Shown piece after piece: positions 35,573 through 46,219 of a stretch of 64,000 bases of DNA. Under the pieces are notes generated by a model. It was given only the letters and a program-made list of their open reading frames with translations. It did not search any database and was not told the origin of the DNA. How positions within the stretch are numbered: the first letter of the stretch is position 1; each line of letters starts with the position of its first letter. Origin of the DNA: an uncultured Acidobacteriota bacterium (lineage in GTDB: Bacteria > Acidobacteriota > Blastocatellia > Pyrinomonadales > Pyrinomonadaceae); assembly GCA_963848875.1 (NCBI GenBank), contig CAWKFJ010000005.1:2192305-2256304 (forward strand). The letters are read 5' to 3'. A program made the position numbers and the translations under genes.

Positions 35573-36877
35573 TTAGCCGCGGCGGCGGCCGCCGGTCGTG
35601 GTCGTAGTCTTCTGCGGCTTGACGTTCTCCGCACTCTTCAAGTAGTCGAGCGCCTCTTTCGCAGAGGCTTTCAGCTTATGCGTTTCCGGGGCTTTGTCCA
35701 CGAAATTCTGTAGGTAATTGGCCGCATCCTGGAATTTGGTCTTGTCGCCGGACTGAAAGAGAGCCAGCCCGGCCCCGAGCATCGCGTCAATGTTCCCGGC
35801 GTCGTCGGCAAGAATTTTTTGAAACTCTACAAATGCCTTATCCGACGACCCGGAATCCAGCAGCATCTGCGCGACGTCAACCCGCGCTTTCATCTTCTTA
35901 GCAGGATCGGTCTCAACCGCTATGTACTCCTCAAAAGCCGTCAGTCCGGCGTCGGCCTGCGTCGGGTCGGCCTTGGTGACGAGCAGCCGCATAGCCTCGG
36001 CGCGGGCCGCGAGAGCGTAATATTTATTAGTTTCGAAGCTCTTCAAGGCGGCGGGGTCTGTCGGCTTCTCCATCGTCTTGTACAGCTCAAGCGCTTTGGT
36101 GGCCGAATCGACCGCGTCACGGAAGTCCTTTTTCGCCGTCTCCAGCCCGGCCGTTTTCGCGGCCTCGTCATTGTTCGTCACGGCGGCGTTGTAACGATCC
36201 ACGCCGCGCGCGCGGTACGCGACAGACCTGTTTGTCAACAGCGAAGGCGCGCCAGGGTGGGTCGGGTCGGCCTCGATGCCCGTGGTGTACTCTGTGATCG
36301 CCAGGTCGTAGTTCTTGGCGTTGAGCGCCTCGTTGCCGGACTTGAAGGTGCGTGTGACGGTGGCGTTGGCCTCCTCGATCTTCTTGTTGCCCGCCGCAAT
36401 TTCGGCGTTCTTGGCTTCGAGTTCGAGCCGCTTCTTGCGGTCCTCTTCGCTCTCGCCACCGCCGCCGCCCGTGGCGGCCGCCGTCCGATTGGCGAGGGCT
36501 TTGACTTCAGCCTCTGTCGGGCGTTTGCCGTCGCCCGGCGTCAGCGCGAGCTTGAAACTGATATCGCGCCCGGCCTTGACGTCGCCGATCACGTCGGGCT
36601 TGGCGTTAGGCGCGCTGGCCGCAATCGCGTACGTCCCGATGTACGGGAGGCCAGCGAAGACGAACTTGCCGTTCTTATCCGTCTTGGTCTGGTATTTGCC
36701 GCCGACGTCCAGGCGGATCACGTCGATCTGCGCGCCGGCGGCGGGCGCGGTCGTGCCGTCGGCCTGCTGCATCGTCACTTCGCCGAACAACTGCCCGGTC
36801 TGCGCGGAGGCAGAGAAGTTACAAAGGAGCAGCATGGCGGCTGCCACGAGAGAGATGAAAAGGCTATTGCGGCGCAT
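35573..36877 (-). CDS. Secreted CarboxypepD_reg-like domain plus TPR repeat protein
   Basis: Trimmed to ATG 36877 (GGAGG upstream). It has a signal peptide, then GQLFGEVT...TDKNGKFVFAGLP (carboxypeptidase-regulatory-like beta-sandwich), then TPR-like repeats. Confidence 0.7.
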   Translation of the reverse strand: MRRNSLFISLVAAAMLLLCNFSASAQTGQLFGEVTMQQADGTTAPAAGAQIDVIRLDVGGKYQTKTDKNGKFVFAGLPYIGTYAIAASAPNAKPDVIGDVKAGRDISFKLALTPGDGKRPTEAEVKALANRTAAATGGGGGESEEDRKKRLELEAKNAEIAAGNKKIEEANATVTRTFKSGNEALNAKNYDLAITEYTTGIEADPTHPGAPSLLTNRSVAYRARGVDRYNAAVTNNDEAAKTAGLETAKKDFRDAVDSATKALELYKTMEKPTDPAALKSFETNKYYALAARAEAMRLLVTKADPTQADAGLTAFEEYIAVETDPAKKMKARVDVAQMLLDSGSSDKAFVEFQKILADDAGNIDAMLGAGLALFQSGDKTKFQDAANYLQNFVDKAPETHKLKASAKEALDYLKSAENVKPQKTTTTTGGRRRG

Positions 36878-37146
36878 AATAAAAAATCCTCCAGAGAATA
36901 TCCCACCCTTCGCCGAAGGGCGCGGATAGGATGCTGTGTACGGAGAACGGGTTGTCATTTCAAATACTTGAGAAGCGGCGCTTTGTCAACAGCTAAGTTG
37001 GGGGAGGAGCTTTTCAGCCTCAAAATTTATCGCAACGTGCGCGGGCTGTCAAAGCAAGCGCGGCCGCCTCTTCCGTCCGCCCTCCGAAGCTTTGCTAGTT
37101 CGTGTTAGCATAGGCGGGTCAAGCGCGTCTCTTAACTGAAGCCCCC

Positions 37147-38103
<957 letters not shown>

Positions 38104-38192
38104 GTTTGATGAAAAGCGCGCTCGATGGGGCCGTGGCTGCAAGGGAGAGTGACCCGGAGCGTTCTGTAGTCGGCCGTGCTGACGGCCCTTGA

Positions 38193-39503
38193 GTGCGAGA
38201 GCTTTTGAATCCGATGAAGCGTCCTGACAACACGGAAATGGACCGTCTCCTGAGACGCCACGCGCGGCTCGGCGGCGGAGCCGTGCGCGGCGCGGCTGAC
38301 GACGGCGGCGCGCACATGGACGCGGACGAAATGAACGCCTACGCGGAGGGCGCTTTGCCGGCGGCCGCGCGCTCGCGCTACTTCACGCACCTGGCGGACT
38401 GCGACTCGTGCCGCAAGCTCGTCACGGAACTAACGCTCGCGGCCGTCAAGGACGCCGAAGGGAGGGAGCGCGCCGCGACCGCCACTGCGGCTGCGCCCTC
38501 AAAGTCCTGGCGCGAGCGGCTGGCGGCGATTCTTTCTCCGCAGGTGTTGCGTTACGCAGCCCCTGCGCTCGCGCTCTTTGCCGTCGTCATCGTTGCCATT
38601 GTCGCCCTGCGCGCGAATAGGGACTCGTCCTCTGTCGCCCGCAACAATCAGACTACGACCATGCCCGCCCCTTCCAGCGGGACGACGGCCGCGAATTCGG
38701 CCGTACAGCAAACGCCGGACGAAACCGCAGAGAATCACGTCAACGGCAACGCGGGCGAGCCTCTGATGGAGGAGAACAAGCAGGCAGGGGAGCAGCCGGC
38801 GGGCTCCATCGTCCCTGACGCCCCCGCGACGGGACAGAAAGCGCCCGCGGATATGGACCGCGTCCCGGCCCCGCAGGCGTCGCCGGCCCCTGCGGAAGTG
38901 TTTAAATCTGAGGACGACAAAGCTCCCAAGAGTGAAACAGACCAGCCCACGGGAGGCAGGCGCGCGCAGCAGGAGCAGGCGCAAACCGCCTCGGTCCCGC
39001 CCCCGCCCCCCAGCCCGGCCCGCGAGCCAGTGCTTGCGGCCCCGAGCACGGCGGGCGAGACGAGCATGAGGGACGAGGAGGAGCAGCAGAGAAAGCAGAA
39101 AGAGGCGGGGAAGGACGACGGCACGTATACTACCGACGGCACTGCCTCGAAGACATCGGATTCGAATAGGGAGCGCCGCGACGCGGGTAAGAACGAAGGC
39201 GCGGGCGCAGCCTCGACGCGCGCCGGAGCCCCTATGGCGACCAAGCGCGCTCCCGGCGGCGTGGTCGCTCAGGACGAGGCTCCTTCCGACACGCGCATAG
39301 TCGACGGCCGCAGCTTCCAGCGCAAGGGCGGCGCTTGGGTGGACACGGCCTACAACCCTTCACGCCCGACGATCAACGTCCACCGCGGATCAGAGCAATA
39401 CCGCACGCTCGTCGCGGATGAGCCCGGCCTGCGCTCCATCACGGACCAACTCGCCGGCAAAGTCATCGTCGTCTGGAAGACCCACGCCTACCGCTTCTAT
39501 TAA
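38193..39503 (+). CDS. Putative zinc-finger (zf-HC2) anti-sigma factor with a TM helix and long low-complexity tail
   Basis: The HLADCDSCRKLV motif is followed by a TM helix (YAAPALALFAVVIVAIVAL) and a Pro/Ala/Glu-rich region. An alternative ATG lies at 38214. It directly follows the sigma factor gene. Confidence 0.65.
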   Translation: MRELLNPMKRPDNTEMDRLLRRHARLGGGAVRGAADDGGAHMDADEMNAYAEGALPAAARSRYFTHLADCDSCRKLVTELTLAAVKDAEGRERAATATAAAPSKSWRERLAAILSPQVLRYAAPALALFAVVIVAIVALRANRDSSSVARNNQTTTMPAPSSGTTAANSAVQQTPDETAENHVNGNAGEPLMEENKQAGEQPAGSIVPDAPATGQKAPADMDRVPAPQASPAPAEVFKSEDDKAPKSETDQPTGGRRAQQEQAQTASVPPPPPSPAREPVLAAPSTAGETSMRDEEEQQRKQKEAGKDDGTYTTDGTASKTSDSNRERRDAGKNEGAGAASTRAGAPMATKRAPGGVVAQDEAPSDTRIVDGRSFQRKGGAWVDTAYNPSRPTINVHRGSEQYRTLVADEPGLRSITDQLAGKVIVVWKTHAYRFY

Positions 39504-39583
39504 TCGCGACCGAAGTCCCAAAATTAAAAGCTCGTCCACTCCCGTTGCTTCGGCGTTCAACTTCGCGTTAACTTAATGGCGCG

Positions 39584-40993
39584 ATGAAGAACAGTGAAGA
39601 CAGCCGCGCCCGCCGCGCGTTTCCAGGCTCATTCATCTTGTTGGCTCTTCTCTGCGCGCACGCGCCCGTCTCGCACGCGCAGCGCAAGACTACGCCCGCC
39701 GCGCGCCGCAACCCGACCATCGCGCGCATCGTCTCGGAGGTCAGCGCGCGCAACGTCGAGAACACAATTCGCAAGCTCGTCTCCTTCGGCACGCGTAACA
39801 CGCTCTCGGCGCAGGACGACCCCGCGCGCGGCATCGGCGCGGCGCGCGACTGGCTCTACGGCGAGTTTCAGAAAATCAGCGCGACCTCCGGCGGGCGCAT
39901 GACGGTCGAGAAACAGAGCTTCGAGCAGCAGCCCGGCAAGTACCAGCGCATCGCGCGCCCGACCGTCGTCACCAACGTCGTCGCGACCCTGCGCGGCACG
40001 CAAGGCCCGTCGGCCAACCGCCTCTACGTCGTCAGCGGCCACTACGACTCGATGTGTACGAGCCCGACCGACGCGGAGTGCGACGCGCCTGGTGCGAACG
40101 ACGACGCCTCTGGCACGGCCGCCGTGCTGGAGATGGCGCGCGTCATGGCGAAGTACGAGTTCGACGCGACCATCATCTTCATGGCCGTCGCAGGCGAGGA
40201 GCAGGGGCTCGTCGGCTCAGGCTATTTCGCGGAGCAGGCGCGCGAGAAGAAGCTCGACATCGAAGCGATGTTCACCAACGACATCGTCGGCAACACGCTC
40301 GGCGGGAACGGCGTGCGCGACCGCGCGACGGTGCGCGTCTTCTCCGAAGGTGTGCCGTCGAGCGAGACGGACGAAGAGGCTGGTGTGCGGCGCGGCGTCG
40401 GCGGCGAAAACGATTCGGCCTCGCGCCAGCTCGCGCGCTTCGTCAAGGAGACGGGCGAGCGCTACGTCGCCGGCATGCGCGTGATGATGGTCTACAGGCG
40501 CGACCGCTACCTGCGCGGCGGCGACCACATCCCATTCCTCGAACGCGGCTACGCGGCCTTGCGCTTCACGGAGCCGAACGAGGAGTACAAACACCAGCAC
40601 CAGAACGTGAGGGTCGAGAGCGGCGTGCAGTACGGCGACCTGCCGGAGTTCGTGGACTTCGGCTACGTCGCACAGGTCGCGCGCGTCAACGCGGCCAACC
40701 TGGCGGCGCTCGCGCTCGCCCCGGCGCGGCCCAAAAATGTCGGCACCCTGACGACACGGCTGACCAACGACACGGACCTGAAGTGGGACGCGAACGCCGA
40801 AGCCGACCTCGCGGGCTACGAGATCGTCTGGCGCGACACCACCTCACCCGTCTGGACGAACTCGCGCGCCGTCGGCCCCGTGACGAGCTACACCATGAAA
40901 GGCATGTCCAAGGACAACTATTTCTTCGGCGTCCGCGCCGTGGACAAACAGGGAAATAGAAGCCCTGTCAGCTTCCCGAAACCCGTCAGGTGA
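39584..40993 (+). CDS. M28 family metallopeptidase with C-terminal FN3-like domain
   Basis: 469 aa with a signal peptide. VVSGHYDS and GANDDASGTAAVLEMARV are M28 zinc-ligand motifs. The C-terminal LAGYEIVWRDTTSP...YFFGVRAVD is FN3-like. Confidence 0.85.
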   Translation: MKNSEDSRARRAFPGSFILLALLCAHAPVSHAQRKTTPAARRNPTIARIVSEVSARNVENTIRKLVSFGTRNTLSAQDDPARGIGAARDWLYGEFQKISATSGGRMTVEKQSFEQQPGKYQRIARPTVVTNVVATLRGTQGPSANRLYVVSGHYDSMCTSPTDAECDAPGANDDASGTAAVLEMARVMAKYEFDATIIFMAVAGEEQGLVGSGYFAEQAREKKLDIEAMFTNDIVGNTLGGNGVRDRATVRVFSEGVPSSETDEEAGVRRGVGGENDSASRQLARFVKETGERYVAGMRVMMVYRRDRYLRGGDHIPFLERGYAALRFTEPNEEYKHQHQNVRVESGVQYGDLPEFVDFGYVAQVARVNAANLAALALAPARPKNVGTLTTRLTNDTDLKWDANAEADLAGYEIVWRDTTSPVWTNSRAVGPVTSYTMKGMSKDNYFFGVRAVDKQGNRSPVSFPKPVR

Positions 40994-41016
40994 TTTGAGA
41001 TTTCAAATCTTTTTTC
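40992..41016 (+). terminator. Weak AT-rich hairpin plus T-run after the M28 gene
   Basis: GATTTGA / TCAAATC form a 7-bp stem with a 4-nt loop, followed by TTTTTT. Confidence 0.4.
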
Positions 41017-41106
41017 GTCCCTCCGCCCTTCCCGCGCGTCTAACCTTACATCGGCGGTGATGGGTCTCTTCCATCAAACATTAATTTTGAGCCAAAATCG
41101 AATGTT

Positions 41107-43059
41107 ATGAGAATTTTTAGTAGCTCGCGAACTAGATTCACAGGCGTTGCGCGGCGCGCGGCGGCGCTGCTTTGCATCGGGACGCTCTTAACAAGCGCGC
41201 TGGCTTTCGAGCCGCGGGAGGCGCAACGGCTGACAGAGGAGCAGCGCATTCTGCACGCGCTCAACCGTCTGGGCTTCGGGGCGCGGCCCGGCGACGTAGA
41301 GCGCGTGCGCGCGATGGGAATCGAGCGCTACGTGGAGCAGCAGCTTCACCCGGAAAGAATTGATGACTCGGTGGCCGAGGCGAAGGTGAAGGATTTGACG
41401 GCGCTTCAGCTTTCCACGTCCGAGCTTTTCGCCAAGTACCCGCGGCCGGGCGCGCTGCTGCGCAGGCTTGAGCGCAGCGGCGAGGTTCCGCCGGAACTCG
41501 CGGCGGCCGTCGAGGCGCGAAAGCGCGCGCAGGAGGCGGCCACGACCGAGGAGAAGGGGACGAAGCCGGAGGGCACGGAGCCGGACGCGCGGAAGCGCAA
41601 CGCGGAGGCGCGTCGCGCGCTGCGCGATTACTTGCGGAAGAACGACATGAGGCCGCCGCAGCAGTTGACCGCCGAGTTGCAGGCTTCGCGCATCCTGCGC
41701 GCAGTCTACAGCGAGCGGCAGTTGCAGGAGGCGCTCGTCGATTTCTGGACGAACCACTTCAACGTCTTCGCGGGCAAGGGCGCAGACCGCTGGTTCCTCA
41801 TCTCTTACGACCGCGACACGATTCGCCCGCACACGCTCGGCAAGTTCTACGACCTCTTGAAGGCGACGGCCGAAAGCCCCGCGATGCTTTTCTACCTAGA
41901 CAACTTCCAGAGCGTCAGCCCAGACGCCGGGGCTGGACGCCTCGCGCGGCAGCGCAAGAACCTCGGCGGCGAGCAAGAGAATGCGATGGCGCGACCTGAG
42001 CAACAACAGCAGCGTCGGCGGCGCGGCATCAATGAGAACTACGCGCGCGAGCTGATGGAGCTGCACACGCTCGGCGTAGACGGCGGCTACACGCAGAAGG
42101 ACGTGCAGGAGGTCGCGCGCTGCTTCACGGGCTGGACGATCAACGCGCCGCGCGGCTACCGCAACGCGGCGCTCGGTGAAACGGACGACCGCGCGGGCCA
42201 GTTCCGCTTCAACCCGCGCCTGCACGACGACGGCGAGAAGGTCGTGCTCGGCCACAAGATTCCGGCCGGCGGTGGGGTCCGCGACGGCCTGATGGTCCTG
42301 GAGATTCTGGCCCGGCATCCCTCGACGGCGAAGTTCATCGCGACGAAGCTCGCGCGCCGCTTCGTCGTGGACGACCCGAGTCCTGCGCTCGTCAACCGCG
42401 CCGCCGCGGCCTTTACCAAAAGCGGTGGCGACATACGCGAGACCCTGCGCGCGCTGCTGACTTCGCCCGAGTTCAACTCGGCGGAAAGTTATCGTGCCAA
42501 AATCAAGACGCCGTTCGAGCTGGCCGTCAGCTCCATCCGCGCGCTCGGCGGCGAGACGAACGGCGGCCCCGGCCTGCACCAGTGGATCGCGCGGATGGGC
42601 GAGCCGCTCTACTTGTATCAGGCCCCGACCGGCTACCCGGACGCGGCCGCCAACTGGGTCAACACGGGCGCGCTTCTCGAACGCCTGAACTTCGGCCTCG
42701 CGCTCGCCAGCAACCGCATCCCTGGGACGCGCGTTGACCTCGCGCGCTTCGCAGGCGACGCGAAAGTCTCCGACGCGAATCTTGAGCGTGTGACGGCTCG
42801 CTTCCTGGAAGTGCTCGTGCATGGCGACGTTTCTCCGAAGACGAAAGCGACGCTGCTTAAGCAACTGAGCGAACCGCTCCCGGCGGCGACGACTGAGACA
42901 CAGCCGGCCAACGCGACAGAGGACGAGATGCTGGCCACGGGCAGACGGCGCAGGCAGCAAACGCGCGCCGCATCCGTAGACCTCTCCAGGGTCAGCAACC
43001 CGGAACTCGTCAAAGTCGTCGGCCTGATTCTGGGCTCGCCCGAATTTCAAAGGCAGTGA
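41107..43059 (+). CDS. DUF1800 family protein
   Basis: 650 aa. ILHALNRLGFGARPGD, FWTNHFNVF and ARELMELHTLGVDGGYTQ are typical DUF1800 signatures. It is paired with a DUF1501 gene 10 nt downstream. Confidence 0.8.
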   Translation: MRIFSSSRTRFTGVARRAAALLCIGTLLTSALAFEPREAQRLTEEQRILHALNRLGFGARPGDVERVRAMGIERYVEQQLHPERIDDSVAEAKVKDLTALQLSTSELFAKYPRPGALLRRLERSGEVPPELAAAVEARKRAQEAATTEEKGTKPEGTEPDARKRNAEARRALRDYLRKNDMRPPQQLTAELQASRILRAVYSERQLQEALVDFWTNHFNVFAGKGADRWFLISYDRDTIRPHTLGKFYDLLKATAESPAMLFYLDNFQSVSPDAGAGRLARQRKNLGGEQENAMARPEQQQQRRRRGINENYARELMELHTLGVDGGYTQKDVQEVARCFTGWTINAPRGYRNAALGETDDRAGQFRFNPRLHDDGEKVVLGHKIPAGGGVRDGLMVLEILARHPSTAKFIATKLARRFVVDDPSPALVNRAAAAFTKSGGDIRETLRALLTSPEFNSAESYRAKIKTPFELAVSSIRALGGETNGGPGLHQWIARMGEPLYLYQAPTGYPDAAANWVNTGALLERLNFGLALASNRIPGTRVDLARFAGDAKVSDANLERVTARFLEVLVHGDVSPKTKATLLKQLSEPLPAATTETQPANATEDEMLATGRRRRQQTRAASVDLSRVSNPELVKVVGLILGSPEFQRQ

Positions 43060-43069
43060 GAGACAGAAA

Positions 43070-44341
43070 ATGAATAGAAGATTTTTTCTCAAATCGGGCG
43101 GCGTGGCGCTGGCGAGTGTGGGCGCGGCGCAGGCTGTCCCGTCGTTTCTGCGGCGCGCGGTATTGGCACAAGGAATCCAGGGGAGCGGCGGCCGTCGCAA
43201 GGTCTTAATCGCTATCTTCCAGCGGGGCGCGGTGGACGGGCTGAACGTGGTCGTGCCGCACGGCGAGAGTAGTTATTACAGTCTGCGCCCGACGCTGCGG
43301 ATTGGACCGCCGAAGGGCGCAGGTTCGTCCGCAGGCGAGTCGGCCGTTGACCTGGACGGCTTCTTCGGCCTGCACCCATCGCTCGCGTCGTTGAAGCCGC
43401 TGTGGGACGCGAAGCGACTGGCCGTCGTCCACGCAGCGGGGTCGCCGGATTCGACGCGCTCGCACTTCGACGCGCAGGACTACATGGAGTCCGCCACGCC
43501 CGGCCGCAAGGGGACGCCGGACGGGTGGCTCAACCGTCACCTGCAAACCAAACGCGAAGAGAAGTCCTCGCCGTTCCGCGCCGTCTCGATGACGCAGAAC
43601 ATGCCGCGCGCTCTTTATGGGACAGCGCCTGCGGTCGCCGTCTCGAACCTCGCGGACTTCTCCATCCGCGCGGGCGCTTACTCAGGCAACGTGCAGGGAG
43701 GGTTTGAAGCCATCTACGACGAGAGCGTCAACGATGTGCTCGGCGGGACGGGGCGCGAGACTTTCGAGGCGGTCAATTTTTTGAAGCGAGTCAACCCGGC
43801 GCAGTACCGGCCGGAGAACGGCGCGCAGTACCCGCAGACGCCTTTCGGCCGGAGCCTCTTGCAAATCGCGCAGATGATTAAGGCAGGCGTCGGACTCGAA
43901 GTCGCCTTCGCGGACGTGGGCGGCTGGGACACGCACTCGAACCAGGGCGGCGCGCGTGGGCAGTTGGCGAACCTCCTGCGCTCATTCGGCGCGGGGCTCA
44001 CTGCTCTGGCGACGGACCTCGGCGCGCGGATGGACGACGTAGTCATCCTGACGATGTCCGAGTTCGGCCGCACGGCGCGCGAGAACGGCACTCGCGGCAC
44101 AGACCACGGCCACGCCAACGCGATGTTCGTCATCGGCGGTGGCGTGCGCGGCGGTCGCGTCTACGGCGACTGGCCGGGGCTCAAGGCGTCCGACCTGCAC
44201 GAGGGACGCGACCTCGCGCTGACCACGGACTTCCGCGATGTCTTCGGAGAACTGGCACAGAAACACCTCGGCAATACCAACCTCAAATCGCTCTTCCCCG
44301 GCTACGACGCGAGCGCCTCCAAGTTCCGCGGCCTGATCTGA
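43070..44341 (+). CDS. DUF1501 family protein (sulfatase-fold, Tat signal)
   Basis: 423 aa. The N-terminus is twin-arginine-like (MNRRFFLKSGGVALASVGAAQA). SEFGRTARENGTRGTDHGH is typical of DUF1501. Confidence 0.85.
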   Translation: MNRRFFLKSGGVALASVGAAQAVPSFLRRAVLAQGIQGSGGRRKVLIAIFQRGAVDGLNVVVPHGESSYYSLRPTLRIGPPKGAGSSAGESAVDLDGFFGLHPSLASLKPLWDAKRLAVVHAAGSPDSTRSHFDAQDYMESATPGRKGTPDGWLNRHLQTKREEKSSPFRAVSMTQNMPRALYGTAPAVAVSNLADFSIRAGAYSGNVQGGFEAIYDESVNDVLGGTGRETFEAVNFLKRVNPAQYRPENGAQYPQTPFGRSLLQIAQMIKAGVGLEVAFADVGGWDTHSNQGGARGQLANLLRSFGAGLTALATDLGARMDDVVILTMSEFGRTARENGTRGTDHGHANAMFVIGGGVRGGRVYGDWPGLKASDLHEGRDLALTTDFRDVFGELAQKHLGNTNLKSLFPGYDASASKFRGLI

Positions 44342-44361
44342 AGAATTAAAAATTCAAAATG

Positions 44362-44417
44362 AAAAATGCAAAATGGAGGACAAAGAACGAGGCCCTCATC
44401 TTCCATTTTGCATTTTT
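44362..44417. terminator. Bidirectional terminator hairpin between convergent genes
   Basis: AAAAATGCAAAATGGA / TCCATTTTGCATTTTT form a perfect 16-bp stem (about 19 bp with extension). It is flanked by an A-tract and a T-tract, between the stops at 44341 (+) and 44423 (-). Confidence 0.6.
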
Positions 44418-44422
44418 AATTT

Positions 44423-44941
44423 CTAATTTTTAATTTCCAGCGGGTCGCCCGTCTCGTGTTCCTTGATTTGAAAGCGGAGGAAGTCGTGGACGGCCGTGAG
44501 GGCCTCCCTGTTGCTCGTCTTGATGCGGACGCGCGCGCCGCGCTCCGTCTGCTCGAACTCGTACTTGATTTCCGCCTTCAGCCGTTTCATGTCGGGCACG
44601 CCGGGCGGCGTCTGGTCGTGTATGAACATCGGCGCGTCGAAGTCTCCCTCGGCGAACATCTGAGAGATGTGTTTGAGGTGCATGCGGATTTGCGCGCGGC
44701 TGGCCGTGTCCTGAGGGTCGTTGGCTTCGACTTCGATTGCGCCGCCCTCGGGCGTCAGCCGGAAGTGATGGGTCGCGGCCTTCTGGGAGAAGCCCATCGC
44801 TTTATCGCCGCGCTCGTGGACGCCCGCGGAGTGCTTCTCGTGCGTGCTCGATTCCTGCTGAGAGGGGACGCTGCCGCTGCCCGTCGCCGCACAGGCCGCC
44901 GTCAGAAGCGTGATTGCCAGAAGAATTGTCTTAAGCTTCAT
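44423..44941 (-). CDS. Hypothetical lipoprotein downstream of the MerR regulator
   Basis: 172 aa. Lipobox-like LLTAAC. The mature N-terminus is His-rich. It overlaps the merR-family gene by 11 nt. Confidence 0.55.
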   Translation of the reverse strand: MKLKTILLAITLLTAACAATGSGSVPSQQESSTHEKHSAGVHERGDKAMGFSQKAATHHFRLTPEGGAIEVEANDPQDTASRAQIRMHLKHISQMFAEGDFDAPMFIHDQTPPGVPDMKRLKAEIKYEFEQTERGARVRIKTSNREALTAVHDFLRFQIKEHETGDPLEIKN

Positions 44942-45422
44942 CGTTTCTCCTTTTCTTTTTTCGAGTCCATGCGAGAGTCGCCTTCGGCTTTCGCGGCCCG
45001 CCGTCGGTCGCCAGCGCTTCGAGTAGGCGCGCCGGCGTGCCCGCCCGCGCGTGAGCGAGCCTCTTGTCCCAGTCTTTCAGCGTCGCGCGCAGCTCGTCGC
45101 GCACGGCCTTCATCTCGCCGAGGCGCTCTTCGATCTCCGCGAGTTTCGCGGCCGCCAGCTCGCGCACCGTCCGACACGGCGCGCGGCCCGTCTCGCGCTC
45201 CTTCAGGATGCGCGCCAGCTCGTCCAGCGTGAACCCGACCGCCAGCGCGCGCCGCACCAGCCGCACGCGCTCGACGGCTTCCGGCCCGTACGCGCGATAG
45301 CCGTTCGCGCCGCGTCGCGGCCTGGCCAGCACGCCCTTGCGCTCGTAATGGCGCAACGTGTCCGTGCTCACGCCCGCGAGCCGCGCCAACTCGCCCGACC
45401 GAAGATTCTCTTTCGTAGCCAT
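44931..45422 (-). CDS. MerR family transcriptional regulator
   Basis: 163 aa. The N-terminal HTH is SGELARLAGVSTDTLRHYERKGVL, followed by GYRAY and a coiled-coil dimerisation helix. Confidence 0.85.
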   Translation of the reverse strand: MATKENLRSGELARLAGVSTDTLRHYERKGVLARPRRGANGYRAYGPEAVERVRLVRRALAVGFTLDELARILKERETGRAPCRTVRELAAAKLAEIEERLGEMKAVRDELRATLKDWDKRLAHARAGTPARLLEALATDGGPRKPKATLAWTRKKKRRNDEA

Positions 45423-45470
45423 ACCAGAGGCATTGTAAAGCCCGGAATCAATTCCAGGGTCAAGAGAAAA

Positions 45471-45559
45471 CAGTGGTCAGTGGTCAGTGGTCAGTGGTCA
45501 GTTAAAGGCAAAGACGTTTTTCTGTTAACTGACCACTGACCACTGACCACTGACTACTG
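45471..45559. repeat. Long perfect hairpin built from tandem CAGTGGT heptamers (terminator-like element after modB)
   Basis: Positions 45478-45505 pair perfectly (28 bp) with 45525-45552. A fifth heptamer extends the stem to 35 bp with one mismatch, and that extension contains the modB stop codon (CAGTAGT). The loop is 19 nt. On the minus strand the stem is followed by TTTTCTCTT. Confidence 0.7.
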
Positions 45560-46219
45560 ATTACTGCTCAGGCGGTTGATGAAGTAGAGGGTGGCGGCGG
45601 CGATGAGGGAGACGATGACGGCGAGGGTGAGGGCTTCGTTGTCGCGGCCGGCCTGGACGGCGTCGTAGATGGCGACGGAGGCCGTCTGCGTCTTGCCGGG
45701 GATGTTGCCGGCGATCATGATCGTGATGCCGAAGTCGCCGAGGGCGCGCGCGAACGCCAGCGCCGTCGCCGCCAGCACGCCGCGCGCCGAGAGCGGCAGC
45801 GTCACGCGGAAGAAGATGCGCCGCCCATTAAGGCCGAGTGTGCGCGCCGCGGCTTCAAGCTGCGGGTCAACGCCCTCGAACGCCGCGCGCAGACTTTTAG
45901 TCACGAGCGGCAGCGCGTGAATCGTCGCGGCGATGACGGCCGCCGTCACCGTGAAGGTCAGACGGATGCCGAAGTTCCTGTAGAGGAAGCCGCCCAGGGA
46001 TGAGCGCGTGCCGAGCAGGACGAGCAGGTAGTAGCCGAGCACGGTCGGCGGCAGCACGAGCGGCAGCGTGATGACGGCGTCGAGCAGGTCGCGCCCAGGG
46101 AAGCGCTTGCGCGCCAGCAGCCACGCGAGAAGCCCGCCCGCCGCGAGCGAAATCAGCGTCGCCGCGCCGGCCACCGCGAACGAGAGCTTGATGGGGAACC
46201 AGTCAATCTCGCCACTCAT
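45554..46219 (-). CDS. modB: Molybdate ABC transporter permease ModB
   Basis: 221 aa. LDAVITLPLVLPPTVLGYYLL, AARTLG...FFRVTLPL and ALAFARALGDFG closely parallel E. coli ModB as I recall it. Confidence 0.8.
   Translation of the reverse strand: MSGEIDWFPIKLSFAVAGAATLISLAAGGLLAWLLARKRFPGRDLLDAVITLPLVLPPTVLGYYLLVLLGTRSSLGGFLYRNFGIRLTFTVTAAVIAATIHALPLVTKSLRAAFEGVDPQLEAAARTLGLNGRRIFFRVTLPLSARGVLAATALAFARALGDFGITIMIAGNIPGKTQTASVAIYDAVQAGRDNEALTLAVIVSLIAAATLYFINRLSSNQ

Noticed and set aside
45471-45559. Possible CRISPR array, suggested by the tandem CAGTGGT repeats.
   Set aside because: The units are 7 nt with no spacers, and they form one palindromic hairpin. No cas genes are present, so this is not a CRISPR array.
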